From contig JAHDHH010000034.1 of NCBI GenBank assembly GCA_020631405.1, positions 1 to 45,821 on the forward strand: a stretch of 45,821 nt of DNA, written 5' to 3'. Origin of the DNA: Saprospiraceae bacterium (GTDB taxonomy: Bacteria > Bacteroidota > Bacteroidia > Chitinophagales > Saprospiraceae). The notes under the pieces were generated by a model, which saw only the letters and a list, made by a program, of their open reading frames with translations, was not told the DNA's origin and made no database searches. Positions 8,985-18,509 of the stretch are shown here, piece by piece. The stretch's first letter is position 1, and every line of letters begins with the position of its first letter. The position numbers and the translations under genes were made by a program.

Positions 8985-9977
8985 TTAAGCATTCCAAGGA
9001 AGAAACTTCTCTGTCTGAGGCATCTGAATTTGAGGTGGTTTTGTATTTAAACATTCGCCATTTAGTACTGCATTGTACTTCTCAATGTAGGAGTGAGCCA
9101 TGGCTTTCGCATTGAATAAGTCTCTAGCATAGTTATGGCATCTAGTTTGAGAGTACTCACTGGATGTCTCAAGAGCTTTTGCTAATCCACTAACACTATT
9201 TGATAGATGGCCTACATCATCATTGACTAACTCAGGAAGTGATCCATAAGTCGTCCCAAATACTGGACAGCCATAATACAATCTCTCTATTATCGCCAAC
9301 CCAAATGGCTCATGCCACTTTACTGGGAAGATTAGTCCTTTTGACTCTTGCATCACTTTGGCTTTTTCTGCCATTCCGACCATACCATAAAATCGGATAC
9401 GAGGCGAAAAGGTCAAGCGAACTCCCATTTTCATATTGAATCGATGGCCGCCTAATACATCTAGTTTTTCATGCTTAGTTTGCTTAATCACATCAATAGC
9501 TCCCTGGACATTCTTTACCCGCCATGCTGCCTTTGCTAAGAAATGAAACCTACTTCTGGGTGATGACAAATTAGGCGTTGGATAATCATCCCAATCAAGC
9601 CCATTGTCTATGTAGCTGGAGCTACCATGTCGCTGAGCATGATTTGATGAGACAAATACTATATTCTTCGCTAATTGCTCATTAGGATCAGTATTGCCAT
9701 GAATGGTAATCACATAGGGAATATTCAGCTCTTCTAAGTCTTTTGGTGTGGCATTAAAGTGGACGATGTCAATGTTCGCTGGAATCTGATCAATGATCCG
9801 CTTTGAATCATCCATTGATATAATTGTCCCAAAATCACACTTAGAACCTTGTTTTACAAGAAAACTGATTGAATGACCTAACCTTGCCAACTCCTTGCCT
9901 AGACTACATATCACTCTTTCTGTACCACCGTAATGTGTCACAGGAATCAAGCCATTGTATACAATCAATATGTTCAT
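8985..9977 (-). CDS. Glycosyltransferase family 4 (GT-B, group 1)
   Basis: 330 aa with the GT4 C-terminal motif EPFGLAIIERLYYGCPVFGTTYGSLPELV and an N-terminal Rossmann-like half. ATG at 9977. Confidence 0.8.
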   Translation of the reverse strand: MNILIVYNGLIPVTHYGGTERVICSLGKELARLGHSISFLVKQGSKCDFGTIISMDDSKRIIDQIPANIDIVHFNATPKDLEELNIPYVITIHGNTDPNEQLAKNIVFVSSNHAQRHGSSSYIDNGLDWDDYPTPNLSSPRSRFHFLAKAAWRVKNVQGAIDVIKQTKHEKLDVLGGHRFNMKMGVRLTFSPRIRFYGMVGMAEKAKVMQESKGLIFPVKWHEPFGLAIIERLYYGCPVFGTTYGSLPELVNDDVGHLSNSVSGLAKALETSSEYSQTRCHNYARDLFNAKAMAHSYIEKYNAVLNGECLNTKPPQIQMPQTEKFLPWNA

Positions 9978-9995
9978 AATAATTACAGAAGTGTT

Positions 9996-11483
9996 TTAAG
10001 TCAATTGACTCACTATTGATCTATCATTAGAAAGTCTTGGGACTTTGTTTTGCCCACCAAGCTTTCCTTTTGATTCCATGTATCGTCTAAAGCTGCCAGT
10101 GGATAATGAAGTGATCTGCAATTGCTTGAGTACTTTTCCCACAATCAAGTCTTTGTAGTAGATGTTTTGGATTTGCATTGACTTGTCTAAAGCATCTCTA
10201 AACTGTTGCATATCAACAGGAGCTTTCTCCCATTCAACAAACCACTCATGATAAGGCTCTCCATTCGTTGGATTAACTTGAGGAGCTACAGTATATTCGA
10301 CTACACTGGCGCTGTACTGTTGGCAGATTTCAGTCATAGCCTGATCTACTTCTTTGCCAATCACATGCTCGCCGAATGCAGAAATATAGTGCTTGATCCT
10401 ACCAGACACTACAAGTCTATATGGATCTTTTGAAACAAATCTGACAGTGTCACCAATATTATATGCCCAGAGTCCCGCATTCGTTGTGAGAATTATCGCA
10501 TAGTCTTTGCCTATCTCTACATCCGCCAACGTAACTCTATCTGGAGATTCATCAAATACTTGATCTAAGGGCACAAACTCATAAAAGATACCAGCATTGG
10601 AATTGAGAAGCAAGTCATTACTCCCGACCCTATCTTGAAAAGCAATAAAGCCTTCGGAAGCTGGGTAAGTCTCAAGGGATGGCACATCTCTGCCGACCAA
10701 ATTGGTTAAGGACTCTCTATATGGCTGAAAATTGACCCCTCCATAAACGAATATATTAAAATTCGGAAACAGGTCTGATACAGTAGTTTTTCCGGTGGCT
10801 TCTAGGAGCTTTTCGTAGTACATCTGTACCCAAGGTGGGATGCCGCTAATGAGCCTCATATCTTCATACCTTGTTTCTTCTACTATACGATCTAACTTAG
10901 TCTCCCAATCATCAATACAGTTTGTAGTGTAGGTAGGGAGTTGGCTCTTCGTCAGCCATGAAGGAATCTCATGATTGACTATCCCAGATAACCTTCCCGT
11001 CAAGACTCCACATTCAGGAGTAGTCAGAGTCGGCGAACCACTTAAGAAGATCAACTTACCATCAAATGTATCAAGACGGCCTAACTGACTTAGCATATTA
11101 AAGGTTGCATTCCTTGCACTCTGTATATGGAAAGGCATACTATCTGCAGAAATTGGGATATACTTTACCCCAGATGTTGTACCTGATGTCTTAGCAAAAT
11201 ACTTTGGCATACCTGGCCATAGCATATTTGGCTTTCCTTCTAGGATCTGCTCGACATAGGGGCGGTGACCTTCGTAGTCTCTGAGCGGCACATGTGATTG
11301 ATAGGTTCTAATATCCTTGACCTCTCTAAAGTGATGATCTCTACCAAACTGGGTATTACGTGCTTTTGAGACTAGGTACTTAAGTGTCTTAGTTTGATCT
11401 TTGACAGCATTCCGAGCATCCTTGGCTATTTTTCTCGAGATAGCTAGGGCAAATGGTGTTAACACTGTTGATCTTAAACTCAT
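9996..11483 (-). CDS. GH3 family (auxin-responsive-promoter-like) acyl-adenylate-forming enzyme
   Basis: 495 aa with a GH3 N-terminal signature (FAKTSGTTSGVKYIPIS), an ANL-superfamily adenylation motif and GH3 middle and C-terminal regions. The stop is 19 nt upstream of the GT4 start on the same strand. Confidence 0.75.
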   Translation of the reverse strand: MSLRSTVLTPFALAISRKIAKDARNAVKDQTKTLKYLVSKARNTQFGRDHHFREVKDIRTYQSHVPLRDYEGHRPYVEQILEGKPNMLWPGMPKYFAKTSGTTSGVKYIPISADSMPFHIQSARNATFNMLSQLGRLDTFDGKLIFLSGSPTLTTPECGVLTGRLSGIVNHEIPSWLTKSQLPTYTTNCIDDWETKLDRIVEETRYEDMRLISGIPPWVQMYYEKLLEATGKTTVSDLFPNFNIFVYGGVNFQPYRESLTNLVGRDVPSLETYPASEGFIAFQDRVGSNDLLLNSNAGIFYEFVPLDQVFDESPDRVTLADVEIGKDYAIILTTNAGLWAYNIGDTVRFVSKDPYRLVVSGRIKHYISAFGEHVIGKEVDQAMTEICQQYSASVVEYTVAPQVNPTNGEPYHEWFVEWEKAPVDMQQFRDALDKSMQIQNIYYKDLIVGKVLKQLQITSLSTGSFRRYMESKGKLGGQNKVPRLSNDRSIVSQLT

Positions 11484-11674
11484 AGTGCAAAAATAGGGCT
11501 AATCCAGCATAAGAAATCTCAATAGTTAAACAATCTATTACTATATCCCTTTGATTGATGATTTCAGAAATTGATTAATATTAAAGCACTTGAAAAATTT
11601 ACATTCAAGATATGTAAATCGTTAATAAGTTGTAAGCTTTGATAACCATATATAACTTCTCACTGACATAGGGC

Positions 11675-11716
11675 ATTAAAAAAGGGAAGACAACTAATTG
11701 CCTTCCCTTTTTCTGA
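11675..11716 (-). terminator. Rho-independent terminator downstream of the lipoprotein gene 11736..13493
   Basis: A 10-bp perfect stem aaaagggaag / cttccctttt with a 12-nt loop. On the minus strand it reads as hairpin followed by a T-run. It starts ~20 nt past the stop codon. Confidence 0.6.
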
Positions 11717-11735
11717 TGTTGTCCTGTCTATTTCA

Positions 11736-13493
11736 TCAGAACAATATAGTCTTAAATGCTCCATCGACTTGGGTATCTACCCCATTGACATCTAATATTC
11801 CAGTAAATGTGGCCTTCACAGTTTCGCCTTGTTCTAATGGTAATTGTGTAAACGTCACAACAAAAGATCCACAATCAGGGCTTTGACAAATGCCTAGAAG
11901 GTTATTACTAAACAATAATGCATAATCGGGATTATAGTCACCTAGACCATTGTCTATGATAATTCCAATGGTTGGAAAGCCATCAATACTAGGTCCTGTT
12001 CCTGACATGAAGTAGTATTCTGAACCAAGCGAATCTGGGGAGTATTGGAAGTAGGCTTCAGTCATTGTGACAAACGTGTCTCCCATAGTGTAGTAAAAGT
12101 ATTGTTCCAACTCATCGCAAGCAGATAGCACCCCTATTTCTGCATCGGTACCATCAACTATAACACTTACAGGTGCAGATTGCAATGAATTAACGAGGTC
12201 TATACCGACTACTTCTACTTCCAAAAGGTCACAAACATTGACTAACCCTGCAAAAGACCCATCGTCTTCGACAAAGATAATTTGGGCAAAATCATTCGAG
12301 CCCACCTTGATGTATCCATCTACAACAGCATTGCCATCACAGTCCTCAAATGTTCCTGTAAACAATATATTATTCATATTATCTACTATTTCAATGGGCT
12401 GAATGAGGACATCTGTGACAAATGGTCCAATGACGTCTTCATAGACAAGGTCTCCACATGAATCATAAATCTTAATAGTCAACACTTCATTTGCGGGTAT
12501 CTTACCATAGTAATACCCGTCAGCATCCGTCCAACCAGAACCTGCCGAAGCACCTGAATTCATCACTATCTCTACCAATAAATTAGCTAGACCATAACCT
12601 CTGTTATCACTGACCAGCCCATGCATGTTGACTAGTGGGAAGGGGGCATCGCAGTTCCAAAACGAGAAGTGTGACACAGTCCCAATGTACATACCGTCCA
12701 CCAGGGTTGCTGCTCCTTGTTCTACCCAATATCCAGAGTCCTCATCAAAATGCCACATTGGAATAGTCTCAGGTGCACCTGCTTCTAGTTCTAGTGGCAC
12801 GTCAAATGTCAACTCTGCATCCATTCCCGGCGCTAAGTTGAGTTGCTCACCACTTGGCGATTCTAATTCTACTGCTAGCATACCATATGTTGCTAACTGT
12901 ACTATCTCACTACCTGTGTCTACTGCTCTCAAGTCCCCAGGCATCTCCTGCAATGTACTCAAGGCTGTAGGGTCAAGCCATTGTGCATATATTTCTACCT
13001 GACCAGTATATGGCTCACCTGATGAATCTATAAATCCATCTGCTTGAAATTCTACCTTAGATTGACCACTGATCACTACTTCACTTGCTGAAGATGAAGC
13101 TACTGACCCTTTAAGTGTCTTGTCCATCAATTTGAATTCAACATAGGCAGAAGCATCAGCATCTGTCTCTATGAATTTAATTGCCTTAAAGTATCCAGCT
13201 TCATTAACTGTAATGACATTACCATAAGAATTTACTGTTACATTTCTAAATTTGAAAAAACCATTCTCATCAGTGCTTACTGAAGCCCCATTGAGCTCAA
13301 CAGTGATTTCTTCCAGTGCTTCGTCACTTTGATTGACTACCTTACCATAGACATCAGCTTGGACATTGTCAACTGGGGGATTGATCTCTATTGGAGTGAA
13401 AGTATCTACTACGATGATTTCATCCTTTTTACATCCAATAACAATAACTGATAGAATGGCGAACAGGCTAAATAGCTTAATTAAATTTCTCAT
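11736..13493 (-). CDS. Lipoprotein with carboxypeptidase-regulatory-like (CarboxypepD_reg) beta-sandwich domains
   Basis: 585 aa with a signal peptide and lipobox (…VIVIGCKKDE). It has two CarboxypepD_reg-like segments (VYGKVVNQSDEALEEITVELNG…DENGFFKF and HGLVSDNRGYGLANLLVEIV…DADGYYYGKIP). No T9SS CTD is recognisable. Confidence 0.55.
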   Translation of the reverse strand: MRNLIKLFSLFAILSVIVIGCKKDEIIVVDTFTPIEINPPVDNVQADVYGKVVNQSDEALEEITVELNGASVSTDENGFFKFRNVTVNSYGNVITVNEAGYFKAIKFIETDADASAYVEFKLMDKTLKGSVASSSASEVVISGQSKVEFQADGFIDSSGEPYTGQVEIYAQWLDPTALSTLQEMPGDLRAVDTGSEIVQLATYGMLAVELESPSGEQLNLAPGMDAELTFDVPLELEAGAPETIPMWHFDEDSGYWVEQGAATLVDGMYIGTVSHFSFWNCDAPFPLVNMHGLVSDNRGYGLANLLVEIVMNSGASAGSGWTDADGYYYGKIPANEVLTIKIYDSCGDLVYEDVIGPFVTDVLIQPIEIVDNMNNILFTGTFEDCDGNAVVDGYIKVGSNDFAQIIFVEDDGSFAGLVNVCDLLEVEVVGIDLVNSLQSAPVSVIVDGTDAEIGVLSACDELEQYFYYTMGDTFVTMTEAYFQYSPDSLGSEYYFMSGTGPSIDGFPTIGIIIDNGLGDYNPDYALLFSNNLLGICQSPDCGSFVVTFTQLPLEQGETVKATFTGILDVNGVDTQVDGAFKTILF

Positions 13494-13561
13494 GTGTTTG
13501 ATTTAATTGATAGTGATAGATTGGTTATCCGATGTAGAGTAACAACGCTGCTTTCTTCAAT

Positions 13562-13600
13562 AAAAAAAGCGACTTTGCACAATGTCAAAGTCGCTTATAT
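13562..13600 (-). terminator. Rho-independent terminator downstream of ahcY
   Basis: A perfect 10-bp stem agcgactttg / caaagtcgct with an 8-nt loop. An A7 run precedes it on the plus strand, which reads as a T-run after the hairpin on the minus strand. It lies ~30 nt past the ahcY stop. Confidence 0.65.
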
Positions 13601-13625
13601 TGTATCTAATAACAGATGCTAAATC

Positions 13626-14939
13626 CTAGTATCTGTAATATTCTGGCTTGTATGGTCCTTCTAAAGGCACATTGATATAATCAGCTTGGTCTTTAGACAT
13701 TTCTTCTAATTCAACACCAATCTTAGAAAGGTGTAGTCTAGCTACTTTTTCATCTAAGTGCTTAGGTAACATGTACACCTCATTGTTATACTTCTCAGTA
13801 TTCTGCCATAGCTCTAACTGTGCTAACACCTGGTTAGTGAATGAGTTACTCATTACAAACGATGGGTGACCTGTTGCACAACCAAGGTTGACTAATCTAC
13901 CTTCTGCTAATACAAGGATATCTTTCCCCTTCAATGTATACTTATCTACTTGCGGCTTGATTTCAATCTTTTCTGCACCTGACTTGTTGTTCAACCAATC
14001 CATATCGATTTCGTTGTCAAAGTGTCCGATGTTACAAACGATAGTCTTATCATTCATAGCCTCAAAGTGTTCTGCTCTAAGTATGTCTTTGTTTCCTGTT
14101 GCTGTGACGATAATGTTAGCATCTTGCAATGCTGTAGACATCTTCTTTACTGCAAATCCATCCATAGCAGCTTGAAGGGCACAAATAGGATCTATCTCAG
14201 TTACAATCACTCTACAACCAGCTCCCGCTAATGAGGCAGCAGAACCCTTACCTACATCTCCATATCCTGCAACTACAGCTACTTTACCCGCCATCATGAC
14301 GTCGGTAGCTCTTCTTATAGCATCTACGCAAGACTCTTTACACCCATATTTATTGTCAAACTTTGACTTGGTTACTGAGTCATTGATATTGATAGCTGGC
14401 AGTGGTAGTGTACCATTAATCTGTCTTTCATAGAGTCTATGAACACCTGTGGTAGTCTCCTCACTTATCCCTCTGATATCATTCACTAGCTCAGGGTATC
14501 TGTCCAATACCATGTTTGTCAAGTCACCTCCATCATCAAGGATCATATTCAATGGCTTCCCATTTTTGAATGATGTCAATGTCTGCTCTATACACCAGTC
14601 AAACTCTTCTTCATTCATTCCTTTCCAAGCAAATACAGGGACCCCACTTGCAGCAATGGCAGCAGCAGCATGATCTTGAGTTGAAAAGATATTACAAGAA
14701 GACCAAGTAACATCAGCACCTAACTCAACTAGAGTTTCGATAAGTACAGCAGTTTGGATTGTCATGTGAAGACACCCTGCGATATTAGCTCCTTTGAGTG
14801 GTTTACTAGCTCCGAATTCTTCTCTCAATGCCATAAGTCCTGGCATTTCAGCTTCTGCTAAATCCATTTCTTTTCTTCCCCAATCTGCTAGTGCAATGTC
14901 CTTTACCTTGTAAGGCAATGTTTTGTTGTCTGTTGTCAT
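13626..14939 (-). CDS. ahcY: Adenosylhomocysteinase (S-adenosyl-L-homocysteine hydrolase)
   Basis: Full-length match to the SAH hydrolase architecture: substrate domain, NAD-binding GYGDVGKG Rossmann motif and C-terminal tail. The start is set at ATG 14939 ([24 protein letters not shown]…). The track ORF extends 23 codons further. Confidence 0.95.
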   Translation of the reverse strand: MTTDNKTLPYKVKDIALADWGRKEMDLAEAEMPGLMALREEFGASKPLKGANIAGCLHMTIQTAVLIETLVELGADVTWSSCNIFSTQDHAAAAIAASGVPVFAWKGMNEEEFDWCIEQTLTSFKNGKPLNMILDDGGDLTNMVLDRYPELVNDIRGISEETTTGVHRLYERQINGTLPLPAININDSVTKSKFDNKYGCKESCVDAIRRATDVMMAGKVAVVAGYGDVGKGSAASLAGAGCRVIVTEIDPICALQAAMDGFAVKKMSTALQDANIIVTATGNKDILRAEHFEAMNDKTIVCNIGHFDNEIDMDWLNNKSGAEKIEIKPQVDKYTLKGKDILVLAEGRLVNLGCATGHPSFVMSNSFTNQVLAQLELWQNTEKYNNEVYMLPKHLDEKVARLHLSKIGVELEEMSKDQADYINVPLEGPYKPEYYRY

Positions 14940-15177
14940 AGTTAAATACCTGTTATTCAAAAATTTGTGCAAAGGTAAGTCATTATGAATTACAAAGTAT
15001 AGTTTCACTACATTTTAAGAACTCAGGCAAAGTAGAGCAATTTTTAAGGAGATAACCCTAATCAATCCAGAATTGGATTAGTGTATAAAACACTTCACCA
15101 AATACAGATGAGAAAATCAATTAAGCATTGTGATATTCTTCATACTTTTGGCCTACACAATGCAGTTAAATAAGTCT

Positions 15178-15834
15178 ATGAAATACATTTTTGTCATACT
15201 TACAGCATGCTTGTCTCTAGCATTTGCTAGCAAGAACTTCACTACTCAAATTGCCTTGCTGAAGTACAATGGCGGTGGAGATTGGTATGCTAATCCCACA
15301 GCATTGACCAACCTTGCTAACTTTTGCAATAGCAAATTAAATACAAGTATTGATCCTGACTATGCCACTGTAGAAGTTGGCAGTGTGGATTTGTTTAACT
15401 ACAGCTTTCTACATATGACAGGTCATGGCAATGTGGTCTTCAACAATGCTGAAGCTGAGAACTTGAGAAACTATCTGATTGGTGGTGGCTTTCTGCATAT
15501 CGATGACAACTATGGTATGGACCCTTACATTAAGCCATCAATGAAGAAGGTATTTCCGGAATTAGACTTTGTGGAGCTACCGTTTAGTCATGAAGTGTAT
15601 AACCAAACCTTTCAGTTTAAGAATGGACTACCAAAGATTCACAAACACGATGACAAGCCTTCGCAAGGTTTTGGTCTCATCTACGAAGGAAGACTAGTTT
15701 GCTTTTATTCTTACGAAAGTGACCTGGGTGATGGTTGGGAAGACAGAGAAGTCCATAAGGATCCAGAAGCGATCAGATTGGCTGCACTTCAAATGGGTGC
15801 TAACCTTGTAGAATATGCCTTCACGCAAGAATAA
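15178..15834 (+). CDS. DUF4159 domain-containing secreted protein
   Basis: The family-typical block LKYNGGGDWYANPTAL…ATVEVGS…F.HMTGHGNVVF…EAENLRNYLIGGGFLHIDDNYGMD matches my recollection of DUF4159. A signal peptide (MKYIFVILTACLSLAFA) is present. The start is set at the internal ATG 15178. Confidence 0.68.
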   Translation: MKYIFVILTACLSLAFASKNFTTQIALLKYNGGGDWYANPTALTNLANFCNSKLNTSIDPDYATVEVGSVDLFNYSFLHMTGHGNVVFNNAEAENLRNYLIGGGFLHIDDNYGMDPYIKPSMKKVFPELDFVELPFSHEVYNQTFQFKNGLPKIHKHDDKPSQGFGLIYEGRLVCFYSYESDLGDGWEDREVHKDPEAIRLAALQMGANLVEYAFTQE

Positions 15835-16462
15835 GAACATACTTGCTACCCCTCTACAATCTAACTATTCAGGTAAGGAAGTGGAGGTTGGTTGCGATGA
15901 AGCAGGAAGAGGGTGTCTCGCTGGTCCTGTGTTTGCAGCAGCGGTAATATTTCCCAAAGGATACACAAACCCTAACATTCAAGACTCAAAAGCGCTAAAG
16001 GAAGTAGATAGAGAGGCCCTAGCTGATCTCATCAAACAAGAAGCCTTGTATTATAACATCTCAAGATGTAGCCCTAATGAAATTGATAAGTGGAATATCT
16101 TAAGATGTTCGATCAAAGCTATGCATCGTGCTATCAAAGGATTAGGAGTTGACCCAGAATTTATTATTGTTGATGGCAATTACTTTTTGCCATACAAGCA
16201 AGTCTCCTATCAAACAATCGTCAAAGGTGATGCTAAGTTCCTGAGTATCGCAGCGGCATCAATACTAGCCAAGGTTGCAAGGGATAATTATATGAAAACT
16301 ATTGATAAGAAGCATCCTGAGTATCTATGGATACAAAACAAGGGATACCCTACCCGAGCCCATCGAGAGGCAATTGCCAGTTCTGGCATTACAAAATATC
16401 ATAGGAAGTCTTTTCAGCTGTTGAAAGATGTCAGCAATGACCAACTCCTCCTTAATCTGTAG
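15815..16462 (+). CDS. rnhB: Ribonuclease HII
   Basis: Shows the catalytic motif VGCDEAGRGCLAGPV and RNase HII family length and topology. ATG confirmed at 15815. It overlaps the upstream gene by 20 nt. Confidence 0.9.
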   Translation: MPSRKNKNILATPLQSNYSGKEVEVGCDEAGRGCLAGPVFAAAVIFPKGYTNPNIQDSKALKEVDREALADLIKQEALYYNISRCSPNEIDKWNILRCSIKAMHRAIKGLGVDPEFIIVDGNYFLPYKQVSYQTIVKGDAKFLSIAAASILAKVARDNYMKTIDKKHPEYLWIQNKGYPTRAHREAIASSGITKYHRKSFQLLKDVSNDQLLLNL

Positions 16463-16877
16463 CTTCTGACTCAGCTACTTCTTCTGCTGGCTTAAGGAGG
16501 TCTCTTTCTTTCATGAAGTTAAACCACTTGATGACTTTCTTCATATCGCTGATGTATACCTTGTCTTCATCGTATTCCGGGACCAAGCCTTCAAAATATT
16601 CTTCGATTTCGTGTTTAGGAGCAGTGACAGCTACAGGTGGAGTCTTGTCATATTGATTAAGCATAGTCTCGAATACTATAGAGAGTTCAATAGTATCTGT
16701 CAAGGTATAGATGCCAACCGTACTCAAGGGAGTAAACTGGTGCTTTCTCACTGAACAAAACTTAGACTTACCGCTATCAATCTCTTGTACAACCAATCCA
16801 TTGCTTCTCGTTGTTACAATCTTGTGAACACCTGCCATTCCTGACACAACTACATAATCATCTAAATTCAATGCCAT
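16452..16877 (-). CDS. Small conserved cytoplasmic protein, possibly DUF5606 family
   Basis: 141 aa, soluble and acidic at the C-terminus. It resembles Bacteroidota DUF5606 proteins (…VSGMAGVHKIV…NGLVVQEIDSGK…). ATG at 16877. Its 3' end overlaps rnhB convergently by 11 nt. Confidence 0.45.
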   Translation of the reverse strand: MALNLDDYVVVSGMAGVHKIVTTRSNGLVVQEIDSGKSKFCSVRKHQFTPLSTVGIYTLTDTIELSIVFETMLNQYDKTPPVAVTAPKHEIEEYFEGLVPEYDEDKVYISDMKKVIKWFNFMKERDLLKPAEEVAESEATD

Positions 16878-16963
16878 CTTCTATATACTCTTAATATTTA
16901 TTTAGTCCCACAATGTTACATAATCTTTTGACAAGACTAATAATGGAACAAGTTTGTTTTTTA

Positions 16964-18406
16964 TTACAACTTAGAAAACTTGTAAGTCGCTGCTTCGCCT
17001 TGATTGTCAATCGTAGATACTATGAATAATCCTTGACTAAGTTGAGTAATGTCAATATATGCGTCTGCTGGCGACAAGACTCCTTGATCTTGTACTCTAC
17101 CGCTTAGATCTACTATTGAATAGTCATAAGATCTCACATCACAGTCCGCATCTCTGATCAATTCTAACCTTTGGTCATAATTGACAAATTGCACCTCGCA
17201 ATTGCTATTGACATCTTCGGCGTTCAAGAAAAACCCTACTTCTTGATACTGCTTGAAGAAGTCTATAGTTGCTGTAACAGCGGGATTGACACATCCTCCA
17301 TGGGTCAAATTTCCATGATTCACTGCTAAAACATCTGGTGCCCCATTGGCCTGCATAGTCTCTTCAGCGAGAATAGAATTAAGATAACCGACTTGATCAT
17401 CACCCTCACAATACATTAATCTCGTTGGTGCTTGCGGGGCCCAATCGTGGAGGTCATTTCTTGCAAGTGCTTGACTTACTGGGTGAGATGGGTCGTTTAA
17501 TATCGCATCTAATATCTCAGGTAGTAGCATGTTTCGAGGTTGTATAGTTCCACCATTATTAGCTTGTAATATTGCTGCCAATCTGATATTTAAGAATATC
17601 AAACCAATTTCTTCATTTTTGAATCTTTCTATATCATTTAAATATTCTTCCCTAAAAATATCCGCTAATGTAAAGTCGGATAGAAGATCAGGGTAGGTAG
17701 CTTGCATTGATAGTGTAACCCATGCGAGATAGGCACCAAAGAAATAATTGCTTTCTCCAAGGGTAAACTCTGGCATCTCCTTAGATACGCTATAAGGACC
17801 AGACATATGACTTGCTGCTGTCACCATTGGCAAATTGTCAAACCTACCAGCTTCCACATCTTTATGAAGGGCTGCTCCAGCATGTCCTCCCTGGGAATAT
17901 CCTGTGATAAACAACTGTTCATTATACACCACCCCAATAGAATCAGCTAATTGATAAGATGCATATATCAAATCTGCTGCTGCACTAGATTCAGTATCTG
18001 AGTGAATATAAGGGTGCAAGCCCTTACTGTCTCCCAAGCCTATAAAATCAGGCATCACCCCAATGTATCCTTCCGACGCCAAGATTGCTCCTATTTCATA
18101 ACCATCTAATCTTGATGGCACCGCTTCTCTTGAGTCAACAGTACCATGCTGATACACCGCCACAGGGAAAGTCCTACCTAATGCAATAGGTAGACACACC
18201 AAACCTGAAGCAGTATCTTGTACACCTCCAAGATGCTCAGTATAGTAAAGCACCTTATAGATTTCTTGATCAAATGTACCATTGCCTCCAAGCTGAGCAT
18301 TCGCTTCAGATGCTGTCAAATTACTGACAAGCTCAAAGCTGATCATATTCTGTCCACTTAATACAAAAGAGCAGATGGTTAGAATAATAAAATATAATAT
18401 TCTCAT
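16964..18406 (-). CDS. Secreted alpha/beta-hydrolase (lipase/esterase-like) with T9SS C-terminal sorting domain
   Basis: It has a signal peptide (MRILYFIILTICSFVLSGQ) and a GYSQGG nucleophile elbow (GxSxG). The C-terminal ~80 aa has the T9SS CTD pattern (…DYSIVDLSGRV…LSQGLFIVSTIDNQGEAATYKFSKL). Confidence 0.7.
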   Translation of the reverse strand: MRILYFIILTICSFVLSGQNMISFELVSNLTASEANAQLGGNGTFDQEIYKVLYYTEHLGGVQDTASGLVCLPIALGRTFPVAVYQHGTVDSREAVPSRLDGYEIGAILASEGYIGVMPDFIGLGDSKGLHPYIHSDTESSAAADLIYASYQLADSIGVVYNEQLFITGYSQGGHAGAALHKDVEAGRFDNLPMVTAASHMSGPYSVSKEMPEFTLGESNYFFGAYLAWVTLSMQATYPDLLSDFTLADIFREEYLNDIERFKNEEIGLIFLNIRLAAILQANNGGTIQPRNMLLPEILDAILNDPSHPVSQALARNDLHDWAPQAPTRLMYCEGDDQVGYLNSILAEETMQANGAPDVLAVNHGNLTHGGCVNPAVTATIDFFKQYQEVGFFLNAEDVNSNCEVQFVNYDQRLELIRDADCDVRSYDYSIVDLSGRVQDQGVLSPADAYIDITQLSQGLFIVSTIDNQGEAATYKFSKL

Positions 18407-18509
18407 GTGAGTAGTGTTTTATTTAAGAGTAGTAGATTCATTCGCTTGCTTAAAAGTCTTAAATCTCTGCTACATTTGCAACGTTTAGAAGAATTTACTT
18501 AGTTAAAGT

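Noticed and set aside
11484-11560. Bacteroidota -7 box (TATTTTTG) upstream of the GH3 gene
   Set aside because: The motif matches TAnnTTTG, but it ends only ~5 nt before the ATG. That would require a leaderless transcript, which is too speculative to list as a feature.
14940-15130. SAH riboswitch upstream of ahcY
   Set aside because: The leader is AT-rich and lacks the GC-rich pseudoknot and conserved segments of SAH riboswitches as I remember them. I saw no convincing structure.
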